64,000 nucleotides of DNA from a virus. Shown here in pieces: positions 57,343 to 64,000 of the stretch. A model generated the notes under the pieces. That model had not been told where the DNA came from and made no database searches. It saw only the letters and a program-made list of their open reading frames with translations. The first letter of the stretch is position 1; each line of letters starts with the position of its first letter. The translations under genes were made by a program, and so were the position numbers. The stretch is taken from the IMG/VR virus record IMGVR_UViG_3300028569_000020, positions 30,543 through 94,542 of that record; one strand, 5' to 3'.

Positions 57343-57378
57343 CTCTTAGATATAAGACCTACAACAGGGAGAGACATC

Positions 57379-57981
57379 ATGCCTCTATGGGGAAAAACAG
57401 ATAGCCAAAACGATAAACCAAAGTGGTATACCACTTTAGGAAGTATGGATACGGCAAACAGACAATTAATTTTTATAGATAATACAGAAGCTTCCTTAGA
57501 AGTTAATAGAGCAAGAGGATTTAATTCTCCTGGTTGGTGGTCATACTTTACAGTAGAGCAATCTGATGGTACTCTTCGTTATAGAGGACAAGAATGTTTA
57601 GTTGCTATTTCACAAACAGCAGCAAATGCTAGTGATCAAGCAGATGATGCTGTTGCTGCAGATTCTGCTCCAACACCAATTACAATTTCAGCACAACCTG
57701 CTAATGTTACTGGTGCTGCTACTCCATTCACAGGCACCTTTGCGGTTACTGCTGCTGGGCAAGCAACACTACAGTATCAGTGGCAGCGTCAAGCAGCAAG
57801 TGCTACAACTTGGACAAACATTACTAATGCTGGAGTATTCTCTACTGCTACTACTGACACACTCACCCTTACTGCTGCTAGCAAAGCAGTGTATGATGGT
57901 TATAAATTCCGTGTGAGAATTACTTCTGCTGGTGGAGCAGTTACTGTAATTTCTAATTCTGCTTCAATCACATATGCATAA
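57379..57981 (+). CDS. Virion protein with C-terminal Ig-like domain
   Basis: MPLWG N-terminus; TISAQPANVT...F.V.A...LQYQWQ...WTNI...TLTLT...GYKFRV. Confidence 0.72.
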   Translation: MPLWGKTDSQNDKPKWYTTLGSMDTANRQLIFIDNTEASLEVNRARGFNSPGWWSYFTVEQSDGTLRYRGQECLVAISQTAANASDQADDAVAADSAPTPITISAQPANVTGAATPFTGTFAVTAAGQATLQYQWQRQAASATTWTNITNAGVFSTATTDTLTLTAASKAVYDGYKFRVRITSAGGAVTVISNSASITYA

Positions 57982-57983
57982 TC

Positions 57984-58343
57984 ATGATTATCAATGAGTT
58001 GAATAAAGACACTTGGTTATTCTTTGCTATAAAAAATTATAATAATCCAACTTCGGTTACATATGATGATTTTGAAGAAGATTTAAAAAGATTCAAATAT
58101 ATTAAAAGATTACTTAAACGATATGAAATTGGTGGAGAGTTAAAAACTCATTTAATTTTAAATCATATAATTGTATTGTATAATATATTCAATGATGCGG
58201 CAACTCCATTACTATTTTATAAAATAGAATCTAAGTATTGGGAAATCGTTAAAGCGTTTATGGTTTACTTAGATAGACTACCCACAGAAATAAATACTAA
58301 TGATATAGATGAGCAATGTTTAAAGAACCTCAACCAAATTTAA
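57984..58343 (+). CDS. Conserved T4-like hypothetical
   Basis: FAIK.YNNP...DF.EDLKRFKYIKRLL.RY...LILNHII.LYN.F. Confidence 0.75.
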   Translation: MIINELNKDTWLFFAIKNYNNPTSVTYDDFEEDLKRFKYIKRLLKRYEIGGELKTHLILNHIIVLYNIFNDAATPLLFYKIESKYWEIVKAFMVYLDRLPTEINTNDIDEQCLKNLNQI

Positions 58344-59098
58344 ATGAAATGAAAGCAGGTGATGGAAGTGGTCTTGCTTTACCACCGTCCTTTGTCTTTG
58401 TTAATACTAAAAAAAAGCGAGTCTACAAAAAAAATGATGATGTAAAAATTGATGGGCGTAAAAAAAATGCTCGAAAACTTGTTAGACGAATTTTAACCAA
58501 CCGCACAAAAAGGAACGGAAAAATGGCAGAAGAAATTACTAGTGTGATTAGTGAAGAAGGACAAACTTCTACTGAAAAAGCACAAAAGCAAATTAAACAA
58601 CAAAAGATTCTTAAGAGCAGACAAGAGCTTCAGAAGAAACGCAGTGATGCTAAAGCAAAAATGCAAGACAAGCAAGGAGAAATGGAAACTCTTGTTAAAG
58701 CACGTCTTACTGACTTTAGAAAAAAAGCAGCGGATAAACAGCAAGCAGCTACTAAACAAGTTACTTCACAAAAAAACTCTTATGATCCAAGTGGTAATGT
58801 TATTTCGGAATCAAATCCAAATGCCATTGCAACAGTAGGAGCAAACATTGATGTCTTTTCTCAAGCATATAAAATTGCTCAGGAAGGTAGTTCTTATGGC
58901 AGAAATCCAGAAGTTTCATTTGCTCAGGTAAGATTCCAAGATGGAAACTCAGCTCAGATTAGTTTCTTCGATGCTCAAAAAATTGTAGCTGCTTACGAAG
59001 GACTTAACGATGATAATAGAATTAAATTTTGTGCTTTGTTAAATATGAATCCAGAAACTTACAGTAATGCTCTTCAATTCGCACAGTACAACGTATAA
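58316..59098 (+). CDS. Hypothetical with basic N-terminus and coiled coil
   Basis: AGDGSGL.LPP; IDGR.K; Q/K-rich coil; SYDPSG..ISE. The start is uncertain. Confidence 0.65.
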   Translation: MFKEPQPNLNEMKAGDGSGLALPPSFVFVNTKKKRVYKKNDDVKIDGRKKNARKLVRRILTNRTKRNGKMAEEITSVISEEGQTSTEKAQKQIKQQKILKSRQELQKKRSDAKAKMQDKQGEMETLVKARLTDFRKKAADKQQAATKQVTSQKNSYDPSGNVISESNPNAIATVGANIDVFSQAYKIAQEGSSYGRNPEVSFAQVRFQDGNSAQISFFDAQKIVAAYEGLNDDNRIKFCALLNMNPETYSNALQFAQYNV

Positions 59099-59110
59099 AC
59101 AAGAGGTAAC

Positions 59111-59515
59111 ATGTTAGGATTCGGCACCACTTCTAGAAATATCTCAGTTTTAGAAGCAAAATTTTCAATCTACGAAGATCTTTCGAAAGAAATGCTTGAC
59201 AAACTTGAGAGAGCTGTAGATAAAATTAGTGAAGGAAACAATTCTGTTGCTCTTATATTAGAAAGACATGAAAGTAGGTTAGAACAAGCAGACAAAGCAG
59301 ATCTTGCTTTGATGGAATTGATTAGAGATGTGAGACATAAATTAATTGAATTGGAAAAACAAGTTGCTGAGCTTTCTAAATTTCGTTGGATAACCATGGG
59401 GATTGCCACCAGTGCTTTAATCGTGATTGGATCAGCATCTTTCTTTGGAAACATCTTGACACTTGAAAAGAATGATGGTATTATAGATGGAGTAAAGGCA
59501 CCTCTTATACAATGA
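59111..59515 (+). CDS. Coiled-coil protein with C-terminal TM helix (possible lysis protein)
   Basis: Heptad coil, then KFRWITMGIATSALIVIG; GAGG RBS. Confidence 0.65.
   Translation: MLGFGTTSRNISVLEAKFSIYEDLSKEMLDKLERAVDKISEGNNSVALILERHESRLEQADKADLALMELIRDVRHKLIELEKQVAELSKFRWITMGIATSALIVIGSASFFGNILTLEKNDGIIDGVKAPLIQ
59456..59484 (+). promoter_or_regulatory. Sigma70 promoter for gp61-nrdA-nrdB, inside the upstream ORF
   Basis: TTGACA-17-TATTAT with TG extension. Confidence 0.7.
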
Positions 59516-60504
59516 ATTATATCGACACCAAATACATTAGTTTGGTCTCACCTCAACTGACAAATTTTACCGAAAAGAAAAAATCCTTATATAATTTTAG
59601 ATGCCCATACTGTGGAGATTCTTCAAAAAGTAAAAATAAATCTCGTGGATATTTTTTCGAATATAAAAACAGTTTTGTTTTTAAATGTCACAACTGTGGT
59701 ATCACTAAAGGTTTTGCTAAATTTTTACAAGACATTAGTGTAGGTCTTTATGATCAATATCTTTTAGAAAAATATAAAGAAGGCACTACTGGAAAAGGTC
59801 GGCGCATATCAAATCCCAAATTTGATTTTAAGAAGCCAGAGTTTAAAACTGTAACAAAACAAACAATTTTTGATTCTCTTCCAAAGATATCAGACCTAAA
59901 TACTACACACTTAGCAAAGCAATACCTACTAGACCGAAAGATACCAGAGAAATACTTCTCAAATTTCTATTATGCAGAGGATTTCAATGCTTGGGAGAAT
60001 AACAAAAACACAATTAAAGAAGCACGAATCATACTTCCTCTTACATCAGAAGATGGAAACACATTTGGATATCAAGCAAGGTCTCTTAACAAGAATGCAA
60101 CTCTTCGCTATATCACTACCATCCTGGATAAGCAATACCCTAAACTATTTGGACTTGATCGTATAAACACAGATGAAAATATCTACGTCACAGAGGGTCC
60201 TTTCGACTCTCTTTTCTTGTCTAATGGAATAGCAATGTGTGGCGCTGATGTTGTGCTTGACAAAGTATCTTATCCTACTCATACATTTGTTTATGATAAC
60301 GAACCAAGAAACAAACAGATTGTACAAAGATACGAAAAGTGTATTGAAAAAGGAGAAAGTATTGTAATATGGCCTGATTTAATTAAGCAAAAAGATATTA
60401 ACGATATGGTCTTAGCTGGTTATAACGTGCAGTCGGTGGTAGAGTGCAACACCTATAAAGGTTTAGAAGCAAAAGTAAAATTTAATCTTTGGAAGAAAGT
60501 ATGA
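59512..60504 (+). CDS. gp61: DNA primase gp61
   Basis: NFRCPYCGDS...KCHNCG; TOPRIM EGPFDS; DNEPRN; KDINDM. Confidence 0.96.
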   Translation: MNYIDTKYISLVSPQLTNFTEKKKSLYNFRCPYCGDSSKSKNKSRGYFFEYKNSFVFKCHNCGITKGFAKFLQDISVGLYDQYLLEKYKEGTTGKGRRISNPKFDFKKPEFKTVTKQTIFDSLPKISDLNTTHLAKQYLLDRKIPEKYFSNFYYAEDFNAWENNKNTIKEARIILPLTSEDGNTFGYQARSLNKNATLRYITTILDKQYPKLFGLDRINTDENIYVTEGPFDSLFLSNGIAMCGADVVLDKVSYPTHTFVYDNEPRNKQIVQRYEKCIEKGESIVIWPDLIKQKDINDMVLAGYNVQSVVECNTYKGLEAKVKFNLWKKV

Positions 60505-62822
60505 GTAACGGAATAAAAGTTAAAAAACGTGATGGGTCTACTGAATTACTTAACCTCGATAAAATTCATTCAATGGTTGATTGTGCCTGTGGAGGACTCA
60601 GTGGAGTATCCCCATCACAGGTAGAAATTCAATCTGGTATTCAATTTTATGATGGTATACCAACAAACGAAATTCAGGAAATTCTTGTTAGAGCAGCAAG
60701 TGATCTTATTAATCTTGATGCTCCAAACTATCAATTTGTTGCTGCTAGGCTTCTCTTATTTGGATTATATAAACAAGTATTTGGAAATGATTGGAAAAAT
60801 GGTTTTCCTTCGATCAAAGATCATTTGTATTATAATAGTATTACTGGTGCTTCTGATGTATATGATAAAGAAGTAATTGGATATTACTCTGACGATGAAT
60901 GGGATAAAATTGATACCTATATTGATCACAATAGAGATTACTTATTTACTTATGCTGGATTGAGACAAGTAGTAGATAAATATCTCGTACAAGATAGAAG
61001 CAGAAACAGAATTTTTGAGACACCTCAATATGCTTATATGCTTGTAGCAGCAATTATTTTTGCTAAGTATCCTAAAGAAACCAGACTTTCATACGTAAAG
61101 AGATACTATGACGCAATCTCAAAGCACAAAATCAACGTGCCAACCCCTATTCTCGCAGGAGTCAGAACACCACTTCGTCAATTTGCATCTTGTGTTTTGG
61201 TTGATGTTGATGACACCCTCGATAGTATCTTTAGCAGCGATATGGCTATTGGCAAATATGTCTCACAGAGGGCTGGTATCGGTATCAACGCAGGTAGAAT
61301 CCGTGGTCTCAACAGTAAAATCAGAGGAGGAGAAGTTTCTCATACAGGTGTTATCCCATTCCTCAAAAAGTTTGAATCAACTGTTAGATGTTGTACACAA
61401 AACGGGATTCGCGGTGGAAGTGCTACTGTCCACTTTCCAATCTGGCATCAAGAAATAGAAGATATTATTGTTCTTAAAAACAACAAAGGCACCGAAGATA
61501 ATCGAGTTCGTAAATTAGATTATAGTATTCAGATCTCTAAATTATTCTACGAAAGATTTATTAAGAATGAATCAATTTCTCTCTTTTCTCCTCACGATGT
61601 TCCTGGTTTGTCGGACGCTTTTGGCCTTCCTGATTTCGATGATTTGTATATACGTTACGAAACAAATAGTAATACTCCAAGAAAAACTGTCAACGCTCAA
61701 GATCTTATTCTCGATATCTTAAAGGAAAGAGCAGAGACGGGGCGAATCTATATTATGAATATAGATCATTGCAACCAGCATTCCTCTTTCAAAGATAAAA
61801 TTTGGATGAGTAATCTTTGTCAAGAGATTACACTTCCAACTAAACCATTGGATCACATTGATGATCCTAAAGGTGAAATTGCTTTGTGTATTCTTTCTGC
61901 TGTGAATTTGGGAAAAATTAAAGTCAACTCAGAGTTAGAAGAATTATGTGATCTTTCTGTTCGTTCTTTGGATGAATTAATCGACTACCAAGATTATCCT
62001 ATTCATGCAGCACGAATCTCTACTGAGAATCGTCGCTCATTAGGTATTGGTTATATTGGTCTAGCACACTATCTTGCTCGTACTGGGCAGCGTTATGAAG
62101 ACAAACAATCTTGGCAACTCGTGCATGATCTTACAGAAGCATTTCAGTATTATCTACTGAAATCTTCTAATCAACTTGCCAAAGAAAAAGGTAAGTGTGG
62201 ATGGTTTGATCGCACTAAGTATGCTGATGGTATTCTTCCAATAGATACCTATAAGAAAGAAGTAGACGAAATTGTATCGCATAGGTTATATTATGATTGG
62301 GAAGGTCTTCGGGAATCGATCCTGGCTCACGGTCTCAGGAACTCAACACTGTCCGCACAAATGCCTTCGGAGAGCAGTTCCGTTGTGTCAAATGAAACAA
62401 ACGGAATCGAACCACCTAGAGCATACCTGTCTGTTAAAAAATCCAAGAAAGGAGTACTTAAACAAATCGTGCCCCAATATTCGACTCTTAAGAATAACTA
62501 TACGCTCCTTTGGGATATGCCTGGGAATACTGGGTATATTAATATTGTTGCAGTTATGCAGAAATTCTTCGATCAAGCGATTTCTGGAAACTGGTCCTAT
62601 AATCCAGAGCATTACCCAGATAATGAAGTTCCTACTAGCGTAATAGCACAAGATTTTCTCAACACTTATAAGTTTGGTTGGAAAACTTCCTATTATCAAA
62701 ACACATATGATGTCAAAAAAGATTCTGACGATGAAGATCAGAAGAAAGATGTAGAAAATTTATTAAATTCAATTTTAACAAAAGTAGAGGAGGAAGATGA
62801 CTGTGGCAGTTGCAAAATTTAA
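60501..62822 (+). CDS. nrdA: Class Ia ribonucleotide reductase alpha subunit
   Basis: ATP cone VKKRDG; QFASC; SNLCQEI; TSYY; C-terminal CGSC. ATG 60501 overlaps the primase stop. Confidence 0.97.
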   Translation: MSNGIKVKKRDGSTELLNLDKIHSMVDCACGGLSGVSPSQVEIQSGIQFYDGIPTNEIQEILVRAASDLINLDAPNYQFVAARLLLFGLYKQVFGNDWKNGFPSIKDHLYYNSITGASDVYDKEVIGYYSDDEWDKIDTYIDHNRDYLFTYAGLRQVVDKYLVQDRSRNRIFETPQYAYMLVAAIIFAKYPKETRLSYVKRYYDAISKHKINVPTPILAGVRTPLRQFASCVLVDVDDTLDSIFSSDMAIGKYVSQRAGIGINAGRIRGLNSKIRGGEVSHTGVIPFLKKFESTVRCCTQNGIRGGSATVHFPIWHQEIEDIIVLKNNKGTEDNRVRKLDYSIQISKLFYERFIKNESISLFSPHDVPGLSDAFGLPDFDDLYIRYETNSNTPRKTVNAQDLILDILKERAETGRIYIMNIDHCNQHSSFKDKIWMSNLCQEITLPTKPLDHIDDPKGEIALCILSAVNLGKIKVNSELEELCDLSVRSLDELIDYQDYPIHAARISTENRRSLGIGYIGLAHYLARTGQRYEDKQSWQLVHDLTEAFQYYLLKSSNQLAKEKGKCGWFDRTKYADGILPIDTYKKEVDEIVSHRLYYDWEGLRESILAHGLRNSTLSAQMPSESSSVVSNETNGIEPPRAYLSVKKSKKGVLKQIVPQYSTLKNNYTLLWDMPGNTGYINIVAVMQKFFDQAISGNWSYNPEHYPDNEVPTSVIAQDFLNTYKFGWKTSYYQNTYDVKKDSDDEDQKKDVENLLNSILTKVEEEDDCGSCKI

Positions 62823-63981
62823 ACTCAACAACTCACCAAAAGTAGAAGGGATGACCGTGTTCAATACGAATTACGTAGACACCAAAAAGCAACCAATGTT
62901 TTTTGGTGCTCCTTTAGGAATACAAAGGTATGATTCATACAAGTATCCTATTTTTGAAAAACTCACTCAACAACAACTTGGATACTTCTGGAGACCAGAA
63001 GAAATTTCTTTATCGAAAGATAGAGGAGACTACATGACCCTTCGCCCAGAACAGAAACATATCTACACATCTAATTTGAAGTATCAGATTATGCTTGATT
63101 CTGTTCAAGGTCGTGCTCCTGGTATGGCATTTGCTCCTTATTGTTCGTTGCCTGAGTTAGAAGCATGTATGTCTATATGGCAAACAATGGAGATGATTCA
63201 TTCTCGTTCGTATACATATATTATTAAGAATATCTATTCTGATCCATCTGAATTGTTTGATACGATTTTAGATGATGATAACATTATGCTAAGGGCGAAG
63301 AGTGTAACTGAAGCATACGATGATTTCATTCGTGCCGCTCAGGAATATTCATCAGGTAATCAATGGCAACATCAACTTGAAGGAGTAGATACTGCTAAAG
63401 AAACTTTGTATCAACTAAAACGTAAACTTTATAAAGCTATTGTTAATGTCAATATTCTCGAAGGTATCAGATTCTATGTCTCTTTCGCTTGCTCGTTTGC
63501 GTTTGGCGAACTCAAACTTATGGAAGGATCGGCTAAAATTATCTCTCTCATCGCACGAGACGAAAGTCAGCATCTTGTCCTTACTCAAAACATCATCAAC
63601 AAATGGCGTGATGGAGACGATCCAGACATTCTTCAAATCGGTAAAGAAGAAGAGCAGTGGACAGTAGATCAGTTTAGAAAAACTGTAGAAGAAGAGAAAG
63701 CATGGGCTCAATATCTATTCAAAGATGGCAGCATCATTGGATTGAATGACAAACTACTTAACTCATACGTTGAGTATATTGCTAATCGTCGTATGAGAGC
63801 GATTGGTTTGAAGCCTGTGTTTGATACTCCTATGTCAAACAATCCATTGCCTTGGACTCAGCACTGGTTATCATCTAAAGGTCTACAAGTTGCTCCGCAA
63901 CAAACTCAAGTTGAATCGTATGTTATCGGCGGCATTAAGCAAGATGTTAAATCAAATACGTTTTCTGGATTTAAACTTTGA
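62797..63981 (+). CDS. nrdB: Class Ia ribonucleotide reductase beta subunit
   Basis: FWRPEE; LDSVQG; EMIHSRSY; LEGIRFYVSF; RDESQH. Confidence 0.97.
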   Translation: MTVAVAKFKLNNSPKVEGMTVFNTNYVDTKKQPMFFGAPLGIQRYDSYKYPIFEKLTQQQLGYFWRPEEISLSKDRGDYMTLRPEQKHIYTSNLKYQIMLDSVQGRAPGMAFAPYCSLPELEACMSIWQTMEMIHSRSYTYIIKNIYSDPSELFDTILDDDNIMLRAKSVTEAYDDFIRAAQEYSSGNQWQHQLEGVDTAKETLYQLKRKLYKAIVNVNILEGIRFYVSFACSFAFGELKLMEGSAKIISLIARDESQHLVLTQNIINKWRDGDDPDILQIGKEEEQWTVDQFRKTVEEEKAWAQYLFKDGSIIGLNDKLLNSYVEYIANRRMRAIGLKPVFDTPMSNNPLPWTQHWLSSKGLQVAPQQTQVESYVIGGIKQDVKSNTFSGFKL

Positions 63982-64000
63982 AATTTTATAGAATATCTGA

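Noticed and set aside
49430-58470. A8-A9 homopolymers as programmed frameshift or phase-variation sites
   Set aside because: They encode in-frame Lys runs in AT-rich genes, with no alternative-frame extension or stimulatory structure noticed.
584-63711. Numerous 60-140 aa minus-strand and alternate-frame ORFs in the track
   Set aside because: They lie inside well-supported + strand genes, lack RBSs and motifs, and are typical shadows of biased codon usage.
22890-63981. Introns, inteins or homing endonucleases in gp17, gp43, gp41, nrdA or nrdB
   Set aside because: All are uninterrupted and of normal length; no HNH/GIY-YIG/LAGLIDADG ORF was recognised (ORF 24554 has only a Zn ribbon).
1-64000. 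CRISPR arrays, tRNA or rRNA genes, integrase/transposase
   Set aside because: Intergenic gaps are short and explained by promoters and terminators; no repeat-spacer pattern or cloverleaf was seen.
1-64000. Stop-codon reassignment
   Set aside because: Core genes are full-length in the standard code and end at the expected places with TAA or TGA; no in-frame stops interrupt conserved genes.

Overview
This 64 kb window is the core of an AT-rich T4-like myovirus genome, most likely a cyanophage (Kyanoviridae-type gene order; the host is an inference). Every credible gene is on the + strand. From left to right it holds: a modular tail-fibre/baseplate-appendage cluster (1-16.9 kb); a sigma70-promoter-driven 2OG-Fe(II) oxygenase plus flavin-dependent halogenase cassette; the morphogenesis block gp13-14-15-16-(micro-ORFs)-17-18-19-20-21-22-23-gp3; uvsY, uvsW, gp55, gp47 and gp46; an HEXXH-VWA plus MoxR/CobS AAA pair; gp45, gp44, dam, gp62, regA, hsp20, gp43, uvsX, gp41 and mazG; a poorly characterised late block at 52.6-59.5 kb; and gp61, nrdA and nrdB. 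The best candidate for an undescribed system is the 52.6-56.2 kb pair: a protein fusing a KxDG ligase/capping-type nucleotidyltransferase domain to an HxGH (NMNAT/cytidylyltransferase-type) domain, translationally coupled to a probable PD-(D/E)xK nuclease. Other notable signals are a ROSE-like RNA thermometer before hsp20, a candidate structured small RNA next to two Sm-like genes, a perfect antisense sigma70 promoter back-to-back with the gp55 promoter, late promoters placed inside terminator loops, several micro-ORFs missing from the ORF track (one with a T4 capsid-targeting-like N-terminus), and an NrdB with Gln at the normally essential E350 position. All calls rest on motif recognition by eye; no searches were run.
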